DNA of 48,760 bases from Cytophagaceae bacterium (lineage in GTDB: Bacteria > Bacteroidota > Bacteroidia > Cytophagales > Flexibacteraceae): NCBI GenBank assembly GCA_947464365.1, contig CANHWS010000001.1:1-48760 (forward strand), written 5' to 3'. Below the pieces are notes generated by a model. The model did no database searches. It was not told the DNA's origin and saw only the letters and a program-made list of their open reading frames with translations. A program made the position numbers and the translations under genes. Positions 37,901 to 45,924 of this stretch are shown in pieces. Each line of letters begins with the position of its first letter. Position 1 is the first letter of the stretch.

Positions 37901-38404
37901 GTCACGTTCACCTACGGTAACTGGATCCTGGATGATGGCGAACGTCAGCAGTCTTATTTCAACGGTGCCAATAACTTACGGAGGAGTGCCCTCAATGCTT
38001 GGTCGCCTACCAATACAGGTAGTGACATCCCAAAAATCTACTATTCAAATGCGCCTGAAGTTTATGGACCGTCGAACACTGACCTCAGGAGCTATAACGT
38101 CAATGACCCTATGGCCTTCCGGAACTCGACACGATTCCTGCATGATGGGTCTTACGTAAGGCTCAAAACACTAACCATTGGCTATACCCTGCCTGGGGAC
38201 TATTGTCGCAAAGCAGGTTTGCGGAGTGCTCGTGTGTTCTTCAGCGGACAAAACCTGCTGACGTTCACCAAGTATCCTGGTTGGGACCCCGAAGTGGTGG
38301 GCAACCTCCAGAGCAATGCTGAGCGCAACCTTCAGCAGGGCAGAACTTCATTCGATTTTCCACAAGTGCGCAGTTACACCATTGGTGTCAACGTAGGCTT
38401 CTAA
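34973..38404 (+). CDS. SusC/RagA-family TonB-dependent outer-membrane transporter (copy 2)
   Basis: Signal [28 protein letters not shown]. CarboxypepD_reg-like [23 protein letters not shown]. Plug [29 protein letters not shown]. Ends ...YTIGVNVGF. The start is 34973 or 34979; the ORF extension back to 34820 overlaps copy 1 and is rejected. Confidence 0.93.
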   Translation: [1143 protein letters not shown]

Positions 38405-38487
38405 TCATTGCTATCCTCAGGACAACAGACCAGATGAATCAGACTAGCACCACAAGAAACCGCATCAGCACCCAGCCATCCTTAACC

Positions 38488-40212
38488 ATGCATACGATCA
38501 GGACCCTATTTGGCCGAACAAGCCTCTTGACTGGCCTTGCAGTCGGGCTTGCTGTCTTGTATGCTTGTAAAAGCCCACTAGACATCGAGCCTCCTTTTGA
38601 GGTGCCGACAGAGGAAGCCCTCAGCACCACCGAAAACCTCGAAAGTGCGCTCAACGGAGCCTACAATGCAGCAGTTAGCGGCGCGGCTTTGGGTGGCGGC
38701 CTGCGGCTTTTTCCGGACGTACTCAGTGACCATACTTCATCCAATATTTTTGCCGTCACCAGAGGTAATCTACCTGCCAACCTCCAGAACATGTACCGCC
38801 GGTTGCTTTTTGGTGTGGCAGACCCCACCTGGCGAAGCTGTTACCAAGCCATCAACCGTGCAAACAATATCCTTGCCGCCATCGACAAGGGCTATGTCAA
38901 GAACCAAGATGGGGTCTATGCTGCCAATGTGGGCCGTATCAGAGGTGAGGCTTTATTCTTGAGGGCAGTTATGCACTTCGAGCTTTGCCGTATGTACGGT
39001 ATCCAGTATGGTGAGCCAGGGTATGATGACCCGAACGGCCAGCGTGGCGTCATCATCAGCACCACCGCCAGCGAAAACAGAAATGGCGCCATCAGGAGCT
39101 CCACAAAAGAAGTCTATGATCAAGTACTTCAAGATCTACGTGCAGCTGCTACCCTAATGCCTGAAGAGCGTGGTGGAGTTGCTCCTGGCTTTTTGCCTGC
39201 CTATGGCGGGATAAAAGGTGGGCGTGCTACCAAAATGGCTGCCTATGCCTACCTATCACGGGTGTACTTCCAACAAGGGACCGATTTGGGTAATGACTCA
39301 GCGCTGCATTATATCAACCTAGTCTTACCAGCCCCCAACACCTTGGCCATCCGTGGTTTGTTGGATGACTACATCGCACCAAACGGTGTTAACCTAGCTG
39401 AAAACGACCCCAACTCGTTTAACCTGCGTGGGTTTGAGTCTGCCAAGGAGACGATCTTCCAGGTCGTGAATACTGTGGATGAGGCAACAGGAACATTTAA
39501 TACTAGCAACAACCTGATCACCAGCAGCTATGTCTGGTCCACAGCCAATGCACAGTTTCCTTCCTATTTCCTGACTAGCAAGCAGTTCTTCGATGACGCT
39601 GGATACAATATTGATGGTGGCGCTGACAAACGCTATTCCTTCTTCACCAAGCCATTGCCGACTGACTTATCTGGGGTCACTAGCTGCCCCCTGGACCGTT
39701 CAAACAGCAAAGTGGTAGGCAAGTATTTCTTCCGCTCCTTACCATCTCCATTTGACCCTACCATCGGTGTTGTCAACATTGTCGTGAATCGCCTGAGCGA
39801 GCTGATTATCACCCGGGCGGAGATCAATGCATACAGAGGCAACGTATCAGCTGCGCTTGAGGATGTTAATGCTTTGCGGCGCCGTGCCTTTGGTGTGCCC
39901 AATACCAGCACCTCTGTCGATATCCCATCCTCTTTGCCTGTTGCTGACATCGTCCGCAAGATCCGGCAAGAGCGTATCCGTGAGATGGCCTTCGAAGGTG
40001 ATCGCCTCTACAACATGCGTCGAATGGCACGTTTGTTTGAAAATGGGGTCCCTACTGGCCTTACCGAAACCCGTAACAACTTCCTGTTAACCAATACAGA
40101 CCGCACCCAATGTGAACGTGTGTTGGTTAACATCCATGTTAATGATCCCCAACTCTTGTTCCAGATACCTGACGCAGAACTCAGCAGCAACCCTAATATC
40201 CGTCGGAACTAA
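38488..40212 (+). CDS. SusD/RagB-family nutrient-binding outer-membrane lipoprotein (copy 2)
   Basis: Lipoprotein signal GLAVGLAVLYAC. ALFLRAVMHFELCRMYG and ERIREMAFEGDRLYNMRR. The start is taken at the Met before the signal peptide. Confidence 0.9.
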   Translation: MHTIRTLFGRTSLLTGLAVGLAVLYACKSPLDIEPPFEVPTEEALSTTENLESALNGAYNAAVSGAALGGGLRLFPDVLSDHTSSNIFAVTRGNLPANLQNMYRRLLFGVADPTWRSCYQAINRANNILAAIDKGYVKNQDGVYAANVGRIRGEALFLRAVMHFELCRMYGIQYGEPGYDDPNGQRGVIISTTASENRNGAIRSSTKEVYDQVLQDLRAAATLMPEERGGVAPGFLPAYGGIKGGRATKMAAYAYLSRVYFQQGTDLGNDSALHYINLVLPAPNTLAIRGLLDDYIAPNGVNLAENDPNSFNLRGFESAKETIFQVVNTVDEATGTFNTSNNLITSSYVWSTANAQFPSYFLTSKQFFDDAGYNIDGGADKRYSFFTKPLPTDLSGVTSCPLDRSNSKVVGKYFFRSLPSPFDPTIGVVNIVVNRLSELIITRAEINAYRGNVSAALEDVNALRRRAFGVPNTSTSVDIPSSLPVADIVRKIRQERIREMAFEGDRLYNMRRMARLFENGVPTGLTETRNNFLLTNTDRTQCERVLVNIHVNDPQLLFQIPDAELSSNPNIRRN

Positions 40213-40301
40213 ATATTTATCTTTGTGCTAGCAACGCTTTAGTAAAAATGCCTGTCTTGCTAACAGCGCCACCTAACCAAAAACGCTTTCCCCACACGAC
40301 C

Positions 40302-42731
40302 ATGACCAAACGCTACTTTTTTCTGATCGCAGCCGCTCTGATGTTGTTCGCAACTAGCAGCTGGGCCCAGACCCCACCAACGGATAACGCCTATACCACC
40401 TTTTTGGCCAGTCGGAACCTACCAATTCCACAACCACATTGGACTGACTCCCTCAAATGGAACCGCACATTCAACATCCAGAACTATGCGCCCAAGGATA
40501 CATTGTTCAATAACGGACTGGTACGCCGCCAAAACTGGCTGTTTGCCTTCTATCGCGCACAAGACGATGCCGTCGCTGCTGGCGGTGGTGTGATCTACTT
40601 CCCTGCCCTTCCTATCCGTCGTGAAGATGGTTATGAAGGCACTGACTCCAGCTACTACTTTGGTGATGATATGCGCGTAAAAGCAAACGTCATTATTCGT
40701 GGTACCACACCCGCCCCTGATAGCTCGGATGCGCGGAATGCGAAGTTTAACATGCCAACTTTCTTTGAGTTCCCTTACTTCAACTTCATTGCTGGTGTAT
40801 CTCGTCCAGGTGGCACACCGAACAGCACTGCCTTTAAGAATATTATCAACTGGGATGGCAGCACCAACAACGTAGCCATCGTCAACGTGGATATCAACCG
40901 CGGCGGGATTTATTTCCAACCCAACTTTACCCCAGTCACCATTGGTGCCCAATCCACTCAATGGGCTGTGCCAGGTGTTTACAACATCTTGGTACTGTCT
41001 GTGCGTTCTAATAACGTTGTCGAGCCGTCACCAAACGTACCTAGCAACAACATCGATAGCTGGCACCGTTGGCCTTACCGTTTTTCGGCCAACGTCAACC
41101 TATTTGTGGACCGTAATGCCATCGTGACCAATTGCCGTATCAATGACCTTAACAACAACCTGAACCTCAGTCGCCTGATCGAGTCTGACAACTTCCAAGA
41201 GCCTGGCTACAAACCAAGCAACACGCCAGGTGGTCGCGTTTTGACAGGCAACGAAGCTGTTTTCAGATATACAGATCATTATGGTGTGATCATCAATAGG
41301 CTGAAGCGCCCTGTACGTTTTGCAACTGCATCAGGTTTCATAAATTACGCAACCGAGGCAGAAGAGCCATCCTTGTTCGCCAAAGGCAACATGGCCACAG
41401 ACAACTGGATCTTCAAAACACAACGTGTTGGTATCCATATTGGTGGTCGTGGCCTTGTTGCTAGCCGCAACACCATCGCCGATGACAGCGCTAAGGTCAG
41501 CTATGTGGACCCTACAGGAACGTCATACATCAATCCGAACAACCCGATCGTGACCTTCGAAAACCGTGGTATCGACTTCAACGGTTGGGATGCCCGTGTC
41601 CAGTATAATAACATTCAGGTTTATCGCACCATTTTGCAACCACTGAGCAGCATAGCCAGATCTGCAGATGGCGAAGGTTTCTATAGCCAAGGCCAAAGCG
41701 GGGTTAATCCACGCAACACCATGATCACCAACAACGTTATCCGGACAAGCCTTATTGGCCTTCAGAATGCGGTCAGTGGTGCCACCAAAAAGGGTGTTAA
41801 TGGCCTTACACTTGTCAACGAAGTTCAGAACCTAACCATCAAACATAATGACCTTGGTGGCACCCCGATTGAGCTCAACGCTGGTGCTGGCACGCTCAGC
41901 AACTGCGTGATCGATAGCAACACCAACGTCTATCAAATGACTTCAATCGGTAACAATGGCGGCCTACAGTGCTACATCACCAACAATACTGGGTTTGCTG
42001 GCAGCCTACCGCTTGGCCAAACACTAGCCAAAGTCATCCAACGAAATTGCCACGTTAGCCTCAATCCGAACCCTGCCACTCCGACTGTCAACAGCAATAC
42101 TGTTCTGACGCCTAACCAGTGCATTGCCATCACCAACGCTTTTGCTTGCCTCACACCAGCTCCATCAGCTAGTATGGCTGTCCCACGTCGTGATACGGTT
42201 GTAGCTCCTGCCTCTACAACCATTACCCTCATTGCTGATTTTGTAAACAACAACACTGGTGGTGGTGCTTGTGACATCGCAAACGTTGAGTTTTTTGCTG
42301 ATAACCAACTAATTGGTGTAGGGAACTTGGTCACATCAAGCCGTTACACTTTTGACTATACCTTGCCTGGCAACGGTGCTGTGGTCTATATTAGTGCCAA
42401 AGCTGACCTCACAGATGGTACCCAAAATTTCAAACTTGAGACCTCAGCAGTTCAGGTTAGCCAACTGGTCCTCAGCATTGACAACAAACTGACATTGGCT
42501 CCTATCAGCCTCTACCCGAACCCAACCAATGGCCAGTTTAGCCTTAAAATGGCAGGTGCTGACCTTGGCTATGACGTCCAGGTAACTGATGCCCTTGGAC
42601 GTGTTGTTTATACTGGCAAAACGATTGCCGAAGTTACCGACCTTAATCTAGCTGGTCTAAGCAAAGGCATCTACCGTGTTGCAGTGTCTAACAATGGCGC
42701 CCGTCAGGTTGCTAAACTCGCTATCCAATAA
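40302..42731 (+). CDS. Large secreted right-handed beta-helix (pectin-lyase-fold-like) protein with Ig-like domain and T9SS C-terminal sorting domain; family unknown
   Basis: Signal MTKRYFFLIAAALMLFATSSWAQ. AQDDAVAAGGGVIYFPAL resembles the start of Pectate_lyase_3-type helices. Asn-rich coil-like segments recur (ITNNVIRTS, TIKHNDLGG, VIDSNTNVY, YITNNTGF). CTD is ISLYPNPTNGQFSLKMAG...GIYRVAVSNNGARQVAKLAIQ. Confidence 0.85.
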   Translation: MTKRYFFLIAAALMLFATSSWAQTPPTDNAYTTFLASRNLPIPQPHWTDSLKWNRTFNIQNYAPKDTLFNNGLVRRQNWLFAFYRAQDDAVAAGGGVIYFPALPIRREDGYEGTDSSYYFGDDMRVKANVIIRGTTPAPDSSDARNAKFNMPTFFEFPYFNFIAGVSRPGGTPNSTAFKNIINWDGSTNNVAIVNVDINRGGIYFQPNFTPVTIGAQSTQWAVPGVYNILVLSVRSNNVVEPSPNVPSNNIDSWHRWPYRFSANVNLFVDRNAIVTNCRINDLNNNLNLSRLIESDNFQEPGYKPSNTPGGRVLTGNEAVFRYTDHYGVIINRLKRPVRFATASGFINYATEAEEPSLFAKGNMATDNWIFKTQRVGIHIGGRGLVASRNTIADDSAKVSYVDPTGTSYINPNNPIVTFENRGIDFNGWDARVQYNNIQVYRTILQPLSSIARSADGEGFYSQGQSGVNPRNTMITNNVIRTSLIGLQNAVSGATKKGVNGLTLVNEVQNLTIKHNDLGGTPIELNAGAGTLSNCVIDSNTNVYQMTSIGNNGGLQCYITNNTGFAGSLPLGQTLAKVIQRNCHVSLNPNPATPTVNSNTVLTPNQCIAITNAFACLTPAPSASMAVPRRDTVVAPASTTITLIADFVNNNTGGGACDIANVEFFADNQLIGVGNLVTSSRYTFDYTLPGNGAVVYISAKADLTDGTQNFKLETSAVQVSQLVLSIDNKLTLAPISLYPNPTNGQFSLKMAGADLGYDVQVTDALGRVVYTGKTIAEVTDLNLAGLSKGIYRVAVSNNGARQVAKLAIQ

Positions 42732-42780
42732 TTGGTAAACCTAATAGGACTAGCTTTCTAGCCTAGAGGTTCATCAACTA

Positions 42781-42820
42781 AAAAGCCATGCTTAACAGAT
42801 GTTAGTCATGGCTTTTTTGA
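42781..42820. terminator. Bidirectional terminator between the beta-helix gene and the convergent glycosidase gene
   Basis: AAAAGCCATGCTTAAC-aga-GTTAGTCATGGCTTTTTT forms a stem with one internal 2-nt mismatch. It is flanked by an A-run on one side and a T-run on the other. Confidence 0.75.
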
Positions 42821-42971
42821 TGTGCCTTAGGCAAGAAGGCATCGATAGTCAGGACTTAAGGCTGACCAAAATGGTTGGGCAATAGTTAGTACAGCCATCC
42901 ATCAGGAAATTCCTACCTATTAGGCTAGGTTCGTCCATGCCCTACTTGACACCGTTGCTTCGTAAGGGATA

Positions 42972-44954
42972 TTACCGCATAATACCAAGCAAACAACCCC
43001 AGAAATAGTTGGTTTCGGCCTTGACGAGGCCATCGTCACAGGTGCCGGTGATGTTGCTGTAGTTTTCGCCGATGTAGCCCTTGCGCTGGAATTCGTTAAG
43101 GAATAACTGGAAACTAGCCTCCCCTAGCCATTTGGCATCTGCAGTGAGGTTAGGATAGTTCCGGAGGCCTGTCCAGACCAGGTAGTTCATCGGTGGCCAA
43201 GTGGCTCCACGCCAATATTGCTGCCCAAAATAGCTTGGGTGCTGTTTGTCAACTGATGGCAATGGATAGGGGCCACCAAAGTGCAGGGGATTGCGCATCC
43301 AGCCGCGGGTCATCCTGAGGGCTTGGGCAGGAGATGGTACACCAGCCAAAATGGGCAAGAAGTTAAACGGTGTGATGACCGAGGACAAGGTATCAGTAAC
43401 GGTGTAGCCCGTCACGTGGCGATTTTTGTAGATACCAGCCTTGTCATCCCAAAGCTTTGCTAGGTGCGTTTTGATATAGGTATTGCGGGCCTGCAGGGAA
43501 TCGACATCGGCTGATAGTCCTAGGAGCTTAGCGTAGGTGGCAAGCAGGGCGCAGTCGTTGGCATAGAGGCTATTAAGCCCTACATCATGCAACATCAACA
43601 GGCCAGATTTAGCATCAAAGGGAACATCATCGTAGGCAGGTGAGTCATCGGCACCAGACTCAAGGGCAGCTGCTAGGCGATTATTCCAGGCAGCATCTGC
43701 AAAGCGGTTAGGGACTTTTCCTTGGCGACTTCCCCAGCTCAGGAGTGCTCCGTTTTTGCGGTTGGCCCACCACCAGTTGTTCCAAGTGATTAGTTTTTTG
43801 ATCTCTGGGGCTAAACGCTTTTTTATCAACTCGTTGTCGAGATTCATAGCCTTGAGTGCCAAGGTGCCTACTGGTGGCTGTGACCTATCCCAAGCAGCGC
43901 GGCCATTACCTTGGCTGTTATTAGGCACAAAACCGTCTGGGGTAACTTCGTCAAGTGTGCTGACAAAATTCTGGATGGCTGCCTCTTGGCTAAACTTGCT
44001 CCAGAGGATCGACCCGAAAAAGTTATCCCAACAGAACACAACATAGCCACCACGCTCGACACTCCAGATACGGTTAACAACAGTCAGAAGCCGCTTTTTA
44101 GTGGGGTCATAGATGGTGTTCCAAGCCAAGGTTGATAAGCTTGCCCGAGCGACAGTTGCCGAGTCTTGGTCTATCGGACCTAGATCTTTGCGGTACATGT
44201 CTTCCCGTGTATTCATGCCATCAGCTAGGGCGGCGACTTGCCTCTTGACCGAGCTATCTGCCTGAAAGCGAACCAGGCCTACCCTTTTGTAGTCAACAAT
44301 GGCAGCTTGAATAACCCTTGACTCACCTTGTTTGATCAAGACCTCAGTGGCGTCGCCTCCATTCGGATGGTTGTGGGCAAGGCGGCTACCGACGATGGGA
44401 TTAAGCACCAGTAGATTAGAATCTCTTTGGTTGGAGGTAAGGTAAGGTCCTGACCAGAAATTACGGGTTGTAACTGTGATATAAACCGGCATCGCAGGCT
44501 GCTGAAGGCAGGTCACCACAGCGGCCCATTGCCGGAATCGTGCGTACGTCTCTAGCTTGAAGGTGGCCCCTTGCCAAGATATGGTGCAGGAGGTGTAGGC
44601 CCCATCTAGATTGGACCCGAATGGAATGTTATGCGCCCCGATGGTAACAACCTCAGCATCCTTCGTTTTGCGACCGATTAAGGCCTCCGTCAGGAATAGC
44701 TCACCATTCTTGGCCGTTTTGTGCAACCCCAGGACGATACCCTTGGCCTTTTGCTGCGCATCAATATGGACATGGGTCAATACACTCCGGACGTCATGGG
44801 TACCCCAGCCTAACTCCTGAGAAACATTGGCGCTTGGCCTTAACTTGTTGATTTGGGCTTCGCAGAGGTATGGGATCTGCGCTACCGTCATCAAAAGCAG
44901 AACAAGCACGGCCTTAAGCCTATGTTGTCCCAGTTGATAAAAAATGGTCGGCAA
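42972..44954 (-). CDS. Clan GH-G (GH63/GH37-like) six-hairpin (alpha/alpha)6 glycoside hydrolase
   Basis: GGYVVFCWDNFFG, DRSQPPVGTLAL, QYWRGATWPPMNYLVW and GENYSNITG...YFWGCLLGIM resemble the conserved segments of trehalase / GH63 glucosidase / mannosylglycerate-hydrolase-type enzymes. The signal peptide (HRLKAVLVLLLMTVAQIPYLCEAQ) requires the TTG start at 44954. Confidence 0.72.
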   Translation of the reverse strand: MPTIFYQLGQHRLKAVLVLLLMTVAQIPYLCEAQINKLRPSANVSQELGWGTHDVRSVLTHVHIDAQQKAKGIVLGLHKTAKNGELFLTEALIGRKTKDAEVVTIGAHNIPFGSNLDGAYTSCTISWQGATFKLETYARFRQWAAVVTCLQQPAMPVYITVTTRNFWSGPYLTSNQRDSNLLVLNPIVGSRLAHNHPNGGDATEVLIKQGESRVIQAAIVDYKRVGLVRFQADSSVKRQVAALADGMNTREDMYRKDLGPIDQDSATVARASLSTLAWNTIYDPTKKRLLTVVNRIWSVERGGYVVFCWDNFFGSILWSKFSQEAAIQNFVSTLDEVTPDGFVPNNSQGNGRAAWDRSQPPVGTLALKAMNLDNELIKKRLAPEIKKLITWNNWWWANRKNGALLSWGSRQGKVPNRFADAAWNNRLAAALESGADDSPAYDDVPFDAKSGLLMLHDVGLNSLYANDCALLATYAKLLGLSADVDSLQARNTYIKTHLAKLWDDKAGIYKNRHVTGYTVTDTLSSVITPFNFLPILAGVPSPAQALRMTRGWMRNPLHFGGPYPLPSVDKQHPSYFGQQYWRGATWPPMNYLVWTGLRNYPNLTADAKWLGEASFQLFLNEFQRKGYIGENYSNITGTCDDGLVKAETNYFWGCLLGIMR

Positions 44955-44986
44955 AGGAAGGTCAAGATTGCTGGTTTCAGAGGACT

Positions 44987-45721
44987 TTACAGGGTATTAT
45001 TCTGGATATCGAGCTCTAGGGCTTTGGCGAAGTACTTGGACTCCCTAGCCTTTTTGTAAAGCTCGGCATGTTTGGGCTTGTGACAATCAGACCCAATAAA
45101 GCTGACCATTCCCTCGTCAATGAGGCGCTCGGCTAGTTTGCGTGGGGCATTGTCATAATAGCCTATCAAGGACATGGCATTGATCTGGAACAGGATGCCG
45201 GAGTTGTAAATCTTTTTGACCGAATCCCAGTTACTCTGCAAGTAGGTATACCGCTCTGGGTGTGCATAGATGGGTCGGTAGCCCAAGTTCTGGAGGGTCT
45301 TGACGACTTCTACCAGCATAATGGGGCGGGTCATGAAGGCGGTCTCTATCAGGACGTGTTTGCGGGTACCAAGGGTCAGTATCTCCTGACCTTCATTGAC
45401 AAGGCTCATAAAGCGCTCGTCAAGGAAGTACTCAGCCGCTGCTTCAATATGGATGGTTAGGCCAGCGGCATCTGCCGCACTCCTTACCTCTTCTAGTTTC
45501 CCTCGGATGATCTCAGGTGTATTGTCATAGCCTGTTGTGATATGCGGGGTTGTGATCACTTTGCGGTAGCCCATCTCCTGAAAGGTGCGCAGCATCGTGA
45601 TACTTTCCTCCACATTGGCTGCCCCATCATCTATTCCAGGCAACATGTGAGAGTGTAAGTCAACAACAGGAAAATCAAGGTCGGCGGAAGGTTTCCGCTT
45701 TCCGAACAAAGAACCGAACAT
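44987..45721 (-). CDS. CpsB/CapC/YwqE-type PHP-domain protein-tyrosine phosphatase
   Basis: The N-terminal motif VDLHSHMLPGIDDGA and C-terminal GSDCH are characteristic. The 244-aa length is typical. Confidence 0.85.
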   Translation of the reverse strand: MFGSLFGKRKPSADLDFPVVDLHSHMLPGIDDGAANVEESITMLRTFQEMGYRKVITTPHITTGYDNTPEIIRGKLEEVRSAADAAGLTIHIEAAAEYFLDERFMSLVNEGQEILTLGTRKHVLIETAFMTRPIMLVEVVKTLQNLGYRPIYAHPERYTYLQSNWDSVKKIYNSGILFQINAMSLIGYYDNAPRKLAERLIDEGMVSFIGSDCHKPKHAELYKKARESKYFAKALELDIQNNTL

Positions 45722-45846
45722 AAGCTATCAGCCAATGCTGCCTTTGGTGCATGATTGGCTATTGCAAATTAAGCCAAAATCTGCCCATACCATTCAGTTT
45801 TGTTGGTTGGCGACTATTGGTCGAACCTTGATCTTCGCCCCAGAAA

Positions 45847-45882
45847 TAAAAATGCCTAGCCCTACTGGTCTAGGCATTTTGT
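45847..45882 (-). terminator. Terminator after speA (bidirectional in form)
   Basis: Stem AATGCCTAG / CTAGGCATT (9 bp) with a 10-nt loop, flanked by AAAA and TTTGTT. It lies 43 nt past the speA stop. Confidence 0.7.
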
Positions 45883-45924
45883 TGGATCTACGGCACTAAT
45901 CCGAAAACGATCAAGTTATAGGGA

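Noticed and set aside
40419-40961. 180-aa minus-strand ORF inside the beta-helix gene
   Set aside because: It is antisense to a long ORF that has a signal peptide and a T9SS CTD, and nothing independently supports it.
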